Of a DNA stretch of 64,000 nt, positions 29,347 to 39,349 are shown one piece after another. The translations under genes were made by a program, and so were the position numbers. This DNA is from an uncultured delta proteobacterium (GTDB lineage Bacteria; Myxococcota_A; Polyangia; Polyangiales; B10-G4). The notes below the pieces were generated by a model. That model had not been told where the DNA came from. It saw only the letters and a list, made by a program, of their open reading frames with translations, and did no database searches. Each line of letters opens with the position of its first letter. Position 1 is the first letter of the stretch. The stretch is from positions 672,001 to 736,000 of the forward strand of contig CAVSGI010000009.1 of assembly GCA_963727445.1 (NCBI GenBank). Direction: 5' to 3'.

Positions 29347-30887
29347 TGGCCGCCCTCATCGCCGTCCTCCTGGTCGCCTTCGCCGCCATCGGCACCCCGC
29401 TCTTCGTGATCTTCGGCGCGGGGTCCATGGCCTTCTTCTCCCTCGACCCTCGCGAGAACAGCATCAGCTTCGCGGCGGCCGAGGTCTTCACGGAGAAGTT
29501 CGCGGACTCGCCGCTGATGGTGACGCTGCCGCTCTTCATCTTCGCCGGCTACATCATGGCCGAGAGCGGGACGCCCAAACGCCTGGTGGCGCTGTCCAGG
29601 GCCTGGCTCGGCTGGCTCCCGGGCGGCCTCGCCATCGTCTGCATCATGGCGAGCGCGTTCTTCACCACCTTCACCGGCGGCAGCGGGATCACCATCGTCG
29701 CCATCGGCGGCCTGCTCTTCCCGGCGCTGCTCTCCGACAAGTATCCGGAGCGCTTCTCCCTCGGGCTGGTCACCGCCGGTGGCTCGCTGGGCCTGCTCTT
29801 CCCGCCCTCGCTGCCCCTGATCCTCTACGGCATCGTCGCCGGCGTCCTGATCGAGAAGCTCTTCCTCGCCGGACTTCTGCCCGGGCTCATCACCCTGGTC
29901 ATCCTCGGCGGCTACGCAATCTACGTCGGCGTCCGCGAGAAGATGCCGCGCGTCGCTTTCGACGGGAAGGAGGCCTTCGAGGCCACCTGGCAGGCGAAGT
30001 GGGAGATCCTGCTCCCGGTGGTGATCATGGGCGGGCTGATCACCGGCTCGATGCGCATCCACGAGGCCGCCGCCTTCGCCGCCCTCTACGCGCTGGTCAT
30101 CGAGGTCTGGGTCTACAAGGACGTCTCCTTCCGCGCCGATCTGCCGCGCATCATCCGCGACTCGACCACCATGTTCGGCGCGATCCTCGCGATCCTCGCG
30201 ACGGCCATCGGCTTCACCGGCTACCTGATCACCGCCAACGTTCCCGCCAAGGCGCTCGAGCTGATGAGCCAGGTGATCAGCGGGCCCTTCATGTTCCTGC
30301 TGCTCCTCAACGTGTTCCTGCTCGTGGTGGGCATGTTGATGGACATCTTCTCCGCCATCGTGGTGGTGGTGCCGCTGATCGTGCCGATCGCCACCGACCC
30401 GTCGATCGGCATCGACCCCTATCACCTCGGCATCATCTTCCTGCTCAACCTGGAGATCGGCTATCTCACCCCGCCGGTCGGCCTGAACCTCTTCATCTCG
30501 AGCTTCCGCTTCGGAAAGCCGGTCACGCTGCTCTACCGTGCGGTCTTGCCCTTCATCGGCCTGTTGATCGTGGCCCTTCTGCTCACCACCTACGTCGAGT
30601 GGCTCTCGGTCGCGCCGACCGCCCTCGACGGGCGCGAGGAGATCAACATCTCCCAGACCCCGCTCCCCGTCGAGGAGGACGAGGTCCCGGACGGGGGCGT
30701 GGACGACGACCTGATGAACGACATCATGGGCGACGACATGGGCGACGACTTCAACCTCGACGACCTCGAGGGTGATGACTTCGACCTCGACGATCTCGAG
30801 GGCGGAAACGACGACGAGCCCACCCTCGACGACCTCGAGCTCGAGCTCGACCTCGGCGAGCCCTCCGACGACACCGACATGCAGTAG
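29346..30887 (+). CDS. dctM: TRAP transporter large permease with acidic C-terminal tail
   Basis: LPLFIFAGYIM, GGLA, GSLGLLFPPSLPLILYG, IGYLTPPVGLNLF. Confidence 0.95.
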   Translation: MAALIAVLLVAFAAIGTPLFVIFGAGSMAFFSLDPRENSISFAAAEVFTEKFADSPLMVTLPLFIFAGYIMAESGTPKRLVALSRAWLGWLPGGLAIVCIMASAFFTTFTGGSGITIVAIGGLLFPALLSDKYPERFSLGLVTAGGSLGLLFPPSLPLILYGIVAGVLIEKLFLAGLLPGLITLVILGGYAIYVGVREKMPRVAFDGKEAFEATWQAKWEILLPVVIMGGLITGSMRIHEAAAFAALYALVIEVWVYKDVSFRADLPRIIRDSTTMFGAILAILATAIGFTGYLITANVPAKALELMSQVISGPFMFLLLLNVFLLVVGMLMDIFSAIVVVVPLIVPIATDPSIGIDPYHLGIIFLLNLEIGYLTPPVGLNLFISSFRFGKPVTLLYRAVLPFIGLLIVALLLTTYVEWLSVAPTALDGREEINISQTPLPVEEDEVPDGGVDDDLMNDIMGDDMGDDFNLDDLEGDDFDLDDLEGGNDDEPTLDDLELELDLGEPSDDTDMQ

Positions 30888-30903
30888 TCGACGAGCTCTG
30901 ACC

Positions 30904-31467
30904 ATGTTCGAATCGCTCATCGTACGGTGGGGGTACCTGGCGATCGGCGTGGGCACCTTCTTCGAGGGCGAGACGATCCTGATCGTGGGTGGAGCGGTCG
31001 CGCACCGCGGCCTCTTGTCCCTGTGGGGCGTGATCGTCGCCGCTTTCCTGGGGAGCGTGGCGGGCGACCAGCTCTGGTATCACGTGGGGCGCCGGGCGGG
31101 CCGCGCGGCGATCGAGAAGCGACCGCGTTGGAAGGATGGCGCCGCGAAGGCGGAGCGATGGCTCGAGCGCTACGGAAACGGATTCGTGTTGGGATTCCGC
31201 TTCGTCTACGGGATTCGCACCATCAGCCCCGTGTTCCTGGGAGCGACGGACTTCCCGGCGAAGCGGTTCACGATTCTCAACACCACCGGCGGCGCGATCT
31301 GGGCGGCCGCTTTCGGCGTCCTCGGCTGGATGTTGGGGGCGAGCCTACAGAGCCTCCTCAGCCGAACCGCCGAGGTCGAAGAGCTGGCGCTGGCGGCGCT
31401 CTTCCTGGTCGCCCTCGGCTTCGGCGTCTTTCACGCGGTCCGGCGCTTCGCCCGCCGCGAGCGTTAG
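30904..31467 (+). CDS. DedA family membrane protein
   Basis: GTFFEGETIL, GSVAGDQLWYHVGR, RFVYGIR. Confidence 0.92.
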   Translation: MFESLIVRWGYLAIGVGTFFEGETILIVGGAVAHRGLLSLWGVIVAAFLGSVAGDQLWYHVGRRAGRAAIEKRPRWKDGAAKAERWLERYGNGFVLGFRFVYGIRTISPVFLGATDFPAKRFTILNTTGGAIWAAAFGVLGWMLGASLQSLLSRTAEVEELALAALFLVALGFGVFHAVRRFARRER

Positions 31468-32807
31468 AGCGGGCGCCCTGAAGCGATGGAGAGCGCGACC
31501 CGGAGCTCGGCGAGGGTTCGCTCGAGGGCGATCGCCCTCCGCGCGGCTTCGAAGGAGCGCTCGAAGAGATCCAGGGCAGCGACGTAGCTGAGCGTGCCGC
31601 TCACGGCGGCGGCCCGGGCCTGCTCCGAGAGACGCTCTGCGCCCGTGGCGGCGTCGCGCGCCGCGTCGAGCTGCTCCGCGACGAGCGCGAGGGTTCGGCT
31701 GATCCGAAAGACGTCGGCGCGCGCCTCGGCGAGACGCGCCTCGTACTGGGCGCCGGCCCGCGCCCGGCCGGCAGACGCCGCGGCGATCTGGTCCTGGTTG
31801 CGGTCGAAGAAGGGCAACCCCACGCTCAGGCTGCCTCCGAGGGTGGAGTTGGTGTCGACCTCCGTTCCGCCGAGGATGCCGATCTCGATCGGCGGAAAGG
31901 CGGCGAGGGTCGCCGCTTCGATGGCGAGGTCGCTCGACGCGTGCGCGTGGGCGAGGGCGAGCAGGTCCAGCCGGCGTTCGGGTAGCTCTGCCGAAAGCGC
32001 CTCCGGCGCGGGCGCGCCATCGCGGAGCGCGGGTGCTTCTGCCAGGCGAAGCTCGACGTCGGGCTCGACGCCGAGCGCGAGGTTCAGGGCCGCGCGTTCC
32101 TCGACGACGGCGCGCGCCGCGTCGAGGCGAGCGACGCGCGCGTCCGCGAGGAGCCGGGCCGCGCGGGCCACCTCGACGTCGGTCACCGCGCCGGCCTCGC
32201 GCGCGGCGGCGAGGCTCTCGGCGAGCGACGCCGTGCGCTCTTCGCGCGCCTCGGCGAGGGCGAGCTCCTGCTCCAGGTAGATCGCGCGAAGGGTGTGGAG
32301 CCTCGCGCCCTGCGCCGCCTGCCATTCCTGCCAGGCGATGTCGAGCTCGACGGATTGCACGTGCTCGCGCGCCGCGTGGGTCCGGGCGCCCACCGCCAAC
32401 AGGGGGCTCACGTTCCACGACAGACCCACACCGTATCCGAGGACCACCGCCTCGTTTCCTCCGGTGGGGGCACCGAGCCAACCCTCGAGGCGTGGGTTGG
32501 GAAGGATCCCGGCGCGGATCAGCTCGGACTCCGCGAGGCCGCGCTCGGTGCGGGCGACGACCAGGCGTGGGTTGTTGTCGACGGCGAGGAGCGCGGCCTC
32601 TTCGGGCGCGAGACCGTCGCGATCGTCGAGCACCACGTCGGCGCTGTCGTCGCTCACGCTTCGCTCGTGGACGATGCGCGCCCGGAGCGTCCGGGCTGGT
32701 GACCAGGCCGCCGGGATGGGGTCCGGACCAGGCGGCGGCCTGCGCGCGCCGCATCCGCCCGTGATCGCGACGAGCATCGTCGCGACGAGCATCCTCCGCG
32801 GGCTCAT
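31464..32807 (-). CDS. TolC/CzcC-family outer-membrane factor (lipoprotein)
   Basis: Lipobox TGGC, AVDNNPRL, ILPNPRL, RRLDL, LPFFDRNQ. Confidence 0.9.
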   Translation of the reverse strand: MSPRRMLVATMLVAITGGCGARRPPPGPDPIPAAWSPARTLRARIVHERSVSDDSADVVLDDRDGLAPEEAALLAVDNNPRLVVARTERGLAESELIRAGILPNPRLEGWLGAPTGGNEAVVLGYGVGLSWNVSPLLAVGARTHAAREHVQSVELDIAWQEWQAAQGARLHTLRAIYLEQELALAEAREERTASLAESLAAAREAGAVTDVEVARAARLLADARVARLDAARAVVEERAALNLALGVEPDVELRLAEAPALRDGAPAPEALSAELPERRLDLLALAHAHASSDLAIEAATLAAFPPIEIGILGGTEVDTNSTLGGSLSVGLPFFDRNQDQIAAASAGRARAGAQYEARLAEARADVFRISRTLALVAEQLDAARDAATGAERLSEQARAAAVSGTLSYVAALDLFERSFEAARRAIALERTLAELRVALSIASGRPL

Positions 32808-35800
32808 CGCTCGACCTCGGGAGCGCTGCCGCCTCGCCTGCGTCCGGCCCGCCACAGGTAGAACGCGGGGACGGCGAGCAGGTTGAGGGCGGTGGAGGTG
32901 ACGAGGCCCGCGCAGACGACGACGGCCATCGGCGCTTCGAGCTCGCTTCCAGGGGCGCCGAGGGACGCCGCGAGTGGCAACAGCCCGAAGAAGGCCGTCG
33001 CCGCCGTCATCGCGATGGGGAGCAGCCGCTCGCGCGCCGCGGCGAGGACGATCTCCTCCGTCAGCGCGCCCCCGCTCTCGCCGAGGAGCTGGTTCTTGTG
33101 CGCGACGAGCATGATGCCGTTGCGGCTGATGATCCCGAAGAGCGCGACGAAGCCCACCAGCCCCGCCATCGAGAGCCCCTCCGGGATCAGGAGCGCGGCC
33201 ACTACGCCGCCCACGAGTCCGAGCGGAAGGCCCAGAAGCACCACGGCTGCATCGACGAGGGACCGGAACGCCATCCAGAGGAAGGCGAACACCGCCAAGA
33301 GAACGAGGGCCACCGTCAACACGAGCCGCGTGCTCGCGGTCTTGCGCTCGGCCGCCTGGCCGGCGAGCTCGAGGGAGACCCCCGGCGGGGGCGCGACCTC
33401 GCGCATCATGGCCTCCACCCGGTCCGCCGCGACGCTGGTGTCGCCCGGGCGGGTCGTCGCGGTGACCGTGAGCAGGCGCTGGCCGGCTTCGTGATCGACG
33501 ACGGGAGGCTCCGCGCCGTGCGCGAGCTCGGCGAAGCGGGAGAGTGGAAGCACGGCCGAGGCGGTCGAGACGGGTACGTCGGCCAGGCGCGTGGCCGCGG
33601 CGTCACGCGACGTACCGGCGAGCACCACCGGCGCGAAGAATCCGCCCGGCGTGGCGACCGACGCCACCTCGAGGCCCTGGTGGTATGCGGCGACGGTGTC
33701 GACCAGCTCGGTCCGCGACAGCCCATGGACCGCGAGGCGCGTGTCGTCGGTTCGCAGGTCGGTCGTGGGGACGTCGGACAGGCCGGAGGCGCGCACGTCA
33801 CGGATCTCCTCGATCCCCTCCATCCGCCGAACGAGTGACGAGGCGACCACGCGGAGCGCAGCCAGATCGTCGCCGCGGAGCTTCAGCGCGATGGGCGCGC
33901 GCTCACCCGAGAGGAGCTCGTTGATGCGCTCGCCCAGAAAGCCTTCCACGCCGAAGCGCACGCCGGCGATGTCGGCGAGCCGCGCGGAGATCTCCGACGC
34001 GATCTCCTCGGGCTCGGCGTCCTTCGGCAGCACGAGATCGATCTCGAGTCGATTGACTGGCGCCGCGTCCTCGTCGAGGCTCGCCCGGCCCGCCCGCGCC
34101 GCCACGTGACGTACGTCGGTCTCGTTCCTCAGCGTCTCGTCGATGCGTCCGGCCAGACGCATGGTCTCCTCGAGGGACGTCCCCGCCGGCGCGGTCACCG
34201 CGGCGATGAGCACGCCCTCGCGCAGCTCGGGCAGGAAGGCACCGCCGATGAAAGGCGCCGCGCAAAGCGCGCCCAGGCCGAGGACCGCGGCCATCACCAC
34301 CACCCGCCCCGGCGCTCGCCGGACCATCCGAAGCGCACCGTCGTAGGCGCGCGAGAGCACCAGCGAGAGCCTCGTGGGCGACGGGGCGCGATCGGCGAGG
34401 CGCGGCAGCAGGAGCGCTGCCAGCGCCGGCGTCACCGTGAGCGCCACCGCGAGCGAGGCCACGACCGCCAGCGCGTAGGTCTCGGCGAGGGGGCTGAAGA
34501 TCCGCCCGGTCAGCCCTCCGAGCACCATGATCGGCGTCAGCACCGCGACGACGATCGACGACGCGTAGACGACGGTGCCGCGCACTTCGCGCGATGCGTC
34601 GTGGATCACCGCGAGCGCGCTTCGCGGCGCCTCCAGCGCGCGATTGTCGCGGAGGCGCCGCCAGATGTTCTCCACGTCGACGATCGCGTCGTCGACCACC
34701 TCGCCCACGGCGACCGCGAGCCCTCCGAGGATCATCCCGTTCAGGGTCGTCCCCGCGGACAGGAGCACGGCGATCGCGGCCGCGATCGAGAGCGGAAGCG
34801 CGGTGAGGCTGATCACCGCGAGCCGTGGCGAGCGGAGCAGCGCGATGAGGATCGCGACCACGAAGAGCGCGCCGAGCGCCATCGCGCGCGCGAGTGAGCG
34901 AATCGAGGTGTGGACGAAGTCGGACTGACGAAAGGTCGGCGTGTTGCGCACGGCGCCTTCGGGGAGCTCGTCGTCCAGCTCGGCGAGCGCGCGCTCGACC
35001 TCTTCGGTCAGCCTCAGGGTGTCGGCCCACGGGAGCTTCTCCACCTGCACGTAGATCGCCGGCTTTCCGTCGTAGGACGCGGCGCCGACCGCGGGCGCGT
35101 GTCCTTCGCGCACGCTCGCCACGTCCGCGACCCGCACGGGTAGGCCGTCTCGCATGCCGACGACCGTCGCTTCGATCGCGTGCACGTCCTTCCAGGACCA
35201 GACGATGGGCGCGCGGATGGGCTCGCGCATGGGGCCGTCGCGGACGAAGCCGAGCGGGGTGAGGCCGGACCTCGGCGTCAGGCTCTCACCCCGACTGATG
35301 CCATCCACCAGGTCCCTCAGCGTGACGTCACGCGCGAGCATGCTGGCGGCGCGCGGCACGATCTCGATGCGCGGCGCGGGGCCGCCGTGCACGGTCACGC
35401 GCGACACGCCTTCGATCGCGGCGAGACGAGGGCGGAGCTGCCATTCGGCGAAACGGGTGAGCGCCGCGAGCTCCTCCGGGGTGCCGCCCGCCGTGGTGTA
35501 GGTGAGCTTGATCAGCGAGCCCACCGGGGCGGTGATGGGGGCGAGGCGAGGCTGGGGGAGGCTCTGGTTGAGCGTCTCCCGCGCGTCGGCGATGCGTTCG
35601 GAGACCAGCTGCCGCGCACGGAAGATGTCGACGCCCTCTTCGAAGGTCATCTGGACGACGCTGAGGCCGGGCGATGAGGTGGAGCGGATGCGCGTCACCC
35701 GCGGGATGCCCAACAGGGCGCGCTCCAGAGGGTTGGTGACGAGCTCCTCCACATCCAGGCTGCCGAGGCCCGGGGCCTCGGTCTGCACCACGACGACCGA

Positions 35801-35965
35801 CGGGGTGAAATTCGGGAGCGCGTCCAGACGCGCGTCTCGCCCGAGCCAGACCGCGAAGCCCAGAAGCGCGAGCGCAAAGGCGATGACCAGCTGCCGATGC
35901 GCGATGGCACCACGGATGATCGCGTCGAAGAGCCAGCTCAAGGCGCCGCCTGCGCTTCGGTCCAT
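32804..35965 (-). CDS. RND efflux permease, CusA/CzcA/NolG type
   Basis: VVVQTEAPGL, GEVVDDAIVDVENI, GRIFSPLA, ERLLPIAMTA; 1053 aa. Confidence 0.95.
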   Translation of the reverse strand: MDRSAGGALSWLFDAIIRGAIAHRQLVIAFALALLGFAVWLGRDARLDALPNFTPSVVVVQTEAPGLGSLDVEELVTNPLERALLGIPRVTRIRSTSSPGLSVVQMTFEEGVDIFRARQLVSERIADARETLNQSLPQPRLAPITAPVGSLIKLTYTTAGGTPEELAALTRFAEWQLRPRLAAIEGVSRVTVHGGPAPRIEIVPRAASMLARDVTLRDLVDGISRGESLTPRSGLTPLGFVRDGPMREPIRAPIVWSWKDVHAIEATVVGMRDGLPVRVADVASVREGHAPAVGAASYDGKPAIYVQVEKLPWADTLRLTEEVERALAELDDELPEGAVRNTPTFRQSDFVHTSIRSLARAMALGALFVVAILIALLRSPRLAVISLTALPLSIAAAIAVLLSAGTTLNGMILGGLAVAVGEVVDDAIVDVENIWRRLRDNRALEAPRSALAVIHDASREVRGTVVYASSIVVAVLTPIMVLGGLTGRIFSPLAETYALAVVASLAVALTVTPALAALLLPRLADRAPSPTRLSLVLSRAYDGALRMVRRAPGRVVVMAAVLGLGALCAAPFIGGAFLPELREGVLIAAVTAPAGTSLEETMRLAGRIDETLRNETDVRHVAARAGRASLDEDAAPVNRLEIDLVLPKDAEPEEIASEISARLADIAGVRFGVEGFLGERINELLSGERAPIALKLRGDDLAALRVVASSLVRRMEGIEEIRDVRASGLSDVPTTDLRTDDTRLAVHGLSRTELVDTVAAYHQGLEVASVATPGGFFAPVVLAGTSRDAAATRLADVPVSTASAVLPLSRFAELAHGAEPPVVDHEAGQRLLTVTATTRPGDTSVAADRVEAMMREVAPPPGVSLELAGQAAERKTASTRLVLTVALVLLAVFAFLWMAFRSLVDAAVVLLGLPLGLVGGVVAALLIPEGLSMAGLVGFVALFGIISRNGIMLVAHKNQLLGESGGALTEEIVLAAARERLLPIAMTAATAFFGLLPLAASLGAPGSELEAPMAVVVCAGLVTSTALNLLAVPAFYLWRAGRRRGGSAPEVER

Positions 35966-37110
35966 CGGCCGGCGGCGATCACCTCACCGAGCAGCTCGAT
36001 CGCCCCTCGGGTCACGACGAGATCGCCAGCTTCGAGCGCACCGGTGACGACCACCCGATCCTGGTCGTCGCGCGCCACCACCTCGACGCGGCGGGGTGCG
36101 TAGTGCCCCTCCTCCCGCGCCACGAAGACGGCGGCCTCGCTGGCTCCCCGGACGACCGCGTCGCCGGGCACGACGAGCCCGCTCGCGCGGTGCTCGACCT
36201 CGACCGGCACCGTCGCTCCGGGAGGAAGCGACGCGGCGGCCTCGGGCGGCGCCTCCAGGCGATCTCTGCGCGTTCCGTCGGGATCCACCACGGCGCCGCG
36301 CATCACGAAGCTCACGCGGACCGCTCCCGTCAGCCCGATCGCGAGGTAGCCGTCACCGACCGAGTCGTCAGGAGCAGCCGCGAGGTCGATCCAGCGAGGC
36401 CCCTCGCGTACGATCCGAACGACCGTCGATCCCTGCTCGATGAGCGAGCCGGTGTCGGAGTCGACGAGGGCGACGATACCCGCGACCGGCGCCCTCAGCG
36501 TCATGTGGCCGCCGGTCATGCGCCCGAGCTCGGCGCGGGCGCGCTGCAGGCTCTCTGCGCGGGTGCTCAGGGCGGTCATCTCCGCGTCTGCACCGGCGAG
36601 CTCGGCTTCGGTGGCGAGGCCGGCCGCCGCGAGGGCCGCGACGCGCGCGCGATTCGATTGCTCGGCCGTGACGCGGGCGTGGGCCCCCTCGATCTGACCC
36701 GTGAGCTCCCGCCTCCGAGCTTCGAGTGCGGCGCGAGAAGCGCTGTCGACCAGGGGCTCGATCTCCGCGAGGGCGTCGCCCGCCTCGACGTGCGCTCCCA
36801 ACGTGACGAGGGGAGCGACGAGGCGCCCCATCACCGGCGCCGTCACGAGCACGTCCTCGTCCGGGCGGCCGATGACCCTGCCGTAGCGGGTCGCCGTCGC
36901 CGTGACCGATCCCTGTTCCACCGGCGCGGTCTCGAGGCCGAGCGCTTCCCGCTCGCGCTCGTTCAGGACGACGTTCCCCTCCGCGTCGACGCGGTCTCGC
37001 CCGAGCTGGCCTTCCTCCGCCTCCTCGTCCTGTCGTCCCTCGCCGCAGGCGGCGCCGGCGATCAGCGCAAGAGCGACCGCGGCGAGCGCAAGAGCGTGTG
37101 CCCTGCGCAC
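35938..37110 (-). CDS. RND membrane fusion (periplasmic adaptor) lipoprotein
   Basis: GTG start at 37110, lipobox GAAC, VTAPVMGRL, LRAPVAGIV, GALEAGDLVVTRGA. Confidence 0.9.
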   Translation of the reverse strand: MRRAHALALAAVALALIAGAACGEGRQDEEAEEGQLGRDRVDAEGNVVLNEREREALGLETAPVEQGSVTATATRYGRVIGRPDEDVLVTAPVMGRLVAPLVTLGAHVEAGDALAEIEPLVDSASRAALEARRRELTGQIEGAHARVTAEQSNRARVAALAAAGLATEAELAGADAEMTALSTRAESLQRARAELGRMTGGHMTLRAPVAGIVALVDSDTGSLIEQGSTVVRIVREGPRWIDLAAAPDDSVGDGYLAIGLTGAVRVSFVMRGAVVDPDGTRRDRLEAPPEAAASLPPGATVPVEVEHRASGLVVPGDAVVRGASEAAVFVAREEGHYAPRRVEVVARDDQDRVVVTGALEAGDLVVTRGAIELLGEVIAAGRWTEAQAAP

Positions 37111-37111
37111 G

Positions 37112-37963
37112 TCATCCCCCCACACCGGGGACGAGGGCGAGGATCGCGTCGCCGTACAGCGCCCCGAGGGTGAGCGAAGCCATGAGCGCGGCCGGTACGA
37201 GGAGGGACCATCGCGGGGCGCCGTGTGCTCCTGCGCGGGCCCGTGACTCGGCGTCCGCCGCGAGCAGGCGCCGAACGCGGAGGGCGAGCTGGTGGCCGTC
37301 CCCGATGATGCGCGCCGCGGCTGTGGTCCCGACGCCGGCATCGAGTCGGGCGGCTAGAAGGATGCTCTCCGCGAGGGCCGTCGGCGAGGCGCCGTCCCGA
37401 ATCGCCTCGTCGTCCCGCTCGGTTTCGAGGGCGAAGAGCCAGCGAGACAAGCGCGCCCTTCCGCCGCCCAGAGGGTAGGTGAGGTCCGTCGCGAGCTGTG
37501 CGAGCCAGATGCGAAGGGGATCGCGGTGTCGTGCGTGCGCGGCTTCGTGGGCGAGCGCTGCGGCGAGGACTTCGGGGCTGGCGGCGCGGGCGAACGCGTC
37601 GGAGACGACGATTCGGCACCGAAAGAGGCCCAGGGTCGCGATGGCGGGCCGTGAGCCGTGCGCGCCGAGGATCGACCGGCACGCGCGCAGCAGTGCGCGC
37701 GCGATCACCAGGCCGGCGAGGAGCGACAGCCCCTCGGCCAGTATCGGTGTGTGCTCGTCCGCGGGGCTGGGCTCGACGATGGCCCAACCCGCGAAGAAGG
37801 CGAGCGCCGCCCCCCCCGCGATCAGCGGCCCCCACATGGAACGCGCAGGCGCTTCGAAGCCGTCCCACCCGCGCGCCTTCAGAGAGGAGAGCGCTCCCGT
37901 CGACCAGAGGATCACGCTGGCGAGGGCGAGGCCGAAGGTGAAGAAGAAGAAGAGGGGACTCAT
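37112..37963 (-). CDS. BlaR1/M56-like membrane metalloprotease lacking a sensor domain
   Basis: ATLGLFRCRIVVS, ALAHEAAHARHRDPL, E.ERDDEA, LALRVRRLL. Confidence 0.85.
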   Translation of the reverse strand: MSPLFFFFTFGLALASVILWSTGALSSLKARGWDGFEAPARSMWGPLIAGGAALAFFAGWAIVEPSPADEHTPILAEGLSLLAGLVIARALLRACRSILGAHGSRPAIATLGLFRCRIVVSDAFARAASPEVLAAALAHEAAHARHRDPLRIWLAQLATDLTYPLGGGRARLSRWLFALETERDDEAIRDGASPTALAESILLAARLDAGVGTTAAARIIGDGHQLALRVRRLLAADAESRARAGAHGAPRWSLLVPAALMASLTLGALYGDAILALVPGVGG

Positions 37964-38361
37964 TCGTCGTCCTTCCCCTTTTCCTGACGCGCGGCGAGCT
38001 CCCGCTCGAGCGCGCCCAGGAGGTCGGGGGACAGATCCTCGATGGCGCCGACCAAGGCTGCCATCGCGGGCACCGGCTCACCACCGGTGAGCTGCGCGAG
38101 AAAGCTCCGCGCCATCGCGCGCTGTGTCTCGGCGCGGGTCGTCACCGCGGAGTAGATGAACGCGCGCCCCGCCTTGCGGCGAGAGAGCAGGCCCTTCGTG
38201 ACCAGGCGGTCGAGGACCTTGGCGACGGTGGTGTAGACGATGCCGCGCGGCTCCCCGACGGACTCGAAGAGCTCGCGCGCGGTGCGACCCTCCCCAGCCA
38301 CCCAGAGCTCGTTGAGGAGGGTGAGCTCGAGCTCGCCTCCTGGAATCACCTCTTCGGCCAT
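37960..38361 (-). CDS. BlaI/MecI/CopY family repressor
   Basis: GELELTLLNELW, YTTVAKVLDRLVTKGLLSRRKAGRAFIY. Confidence 0.95.
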   Translation of the reverse strand: MAEEVIPGGELELTLLNELWVAGEGRTARELFESVGEPRGIVYTTVAKVLDRLVTKGLLSRRKAGRAFIYSAVTTRAETQRAMARSFLAQLTGGEPVPAMAALVGAIEDLSPDLLGALERELAARQEKGKDDE

Positions 38362-38374
38362 CGTCCGAGCATGA

Positions 38375-38413
38375 TACGACGGGCGTCGTAGATTGGCTAC
38401 GACAAGCGTCGTA
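38375..38413. promoter_or_regulatory. Two BlaI-type operator palindromes TACGAC-N4-GTCGTA
   Basis: TACGACgggcGTCGTA (38375-38390) and TACGACaagcGTCGTA (38398-38413); the first overlaps the -10 TATCAT (38371-38376, minus strand). Confidence 0.85.
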
Positions 38414-38463
38414 TGTCGGCCAGGACGCGGCCAGTAATTGCCCGATTTCGGGGACTTGGCCCC

Positions 38464-39324
38464 TCATCGCCGGCGCTGCTGGGACACGCCCAGCGCGATG
38501 CTCCCGAGGGTGACGACGCTGGCGATGGCCAGCCTCGAGGTCACCTCCTCGGAGAGGAAGGCGACGCCCCCCGCCGCGGCGATGACGGGAACCGAGAGCT
38601 GCACCAGCGCGGCTCGGGTGGCGGTCAGGTCCCGGAGCGCGAGATACCAGATCGCATAGCCCAAGCCCGAGGTGACGCCGCCACTGATGAGGGCGTAGAT
38701 CGCGCCCTCGGTGCTCATCGACAGCCGTCCGTGAAAGATCACGGCCACGGGGGTCACCAGAAGGGCGGCCCTGCCGAAGGCAGCGGCGGTGCGTGCGGTC
38801 GGGTCGTCGAGGCCCTGGCCGGCGATCGAATACAAGCCCCAACCGGCGCCCGCGACGAGCATGAGAACAGCGCCCAGCGGGTCGGGCGCGGTGACACCGG
38901 GCGAGACCAGGTAGACCAAGCCGGCGCCCGCCCCCACGATCGCCATCCACTCCGCGGGGCTGGGTCGTTCGCCTCTGCGGATCCCCAGGCCGAGCATCGT
39001 GAGCTGCACGCCACCGAAGAGCAGGAGGGCCCCGGTGCCGGTGTCGAGCACCACGTAGGCCAGGGAGAAGGGTAGAGCGTAGCCGAGGAGGAAGAAGGCG
39101 CGCTTCCAGTCACCGAGGCCGCCCGCCTCGACACTCCGTCGCCCGCCGATCGTGAGCGCCAGCAGCACCAGCGCCCCCGCCACGACGCGCAGCGTGGTGA
39201 ACGAGAGGGGATCGATCGCCTCGTCCGCCAGCGCGAGCCGACAGAGCACCGAGTTGGCGGCGAAGGCCACCATCGCGACCGTGGTCAGGCCGAGGACACG
39301 CGCGCCGGCTCGTCCCTGTCCCAT
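38464..39324 (-). CDS. DMT/EamA family transporter
   Basis: AFAANSVLCRLAL, FSLAYV, LQLSVPVIAAAGG-like motif (VQLSVPVIAAAGG); about 10 TM helices. Confidence 0.92.
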   Translation of the reverse strand: MGQGRAGARVLGLTTVAMVAFAANSVLCRLALADEAIDPLSFTTLRVVAGALVLLALTIGGRRSVEAGGLGDWKRAFFLLGYALPFSLAYVVLDTGTGALLLFGGVQLTMLGLGIRRGERPSPAEWMAIVGAGAGLVYLVSPGVTAPDPLGAVLMLVAGAGWGLYSIAGQGLDDPTARTAAAFGRAALLVTPVAVIFHGRLSMSTEGAIYALISGGVTSGLGYAIWYLALRDLTATRAALVQLSVPVIAAAGGVAFLSEEVTSRLAIASVVTLGSIALGVSQQRRR

Positions 39325-39349
39325 GCCCTCTCCTCGGGCATGGATGCTA

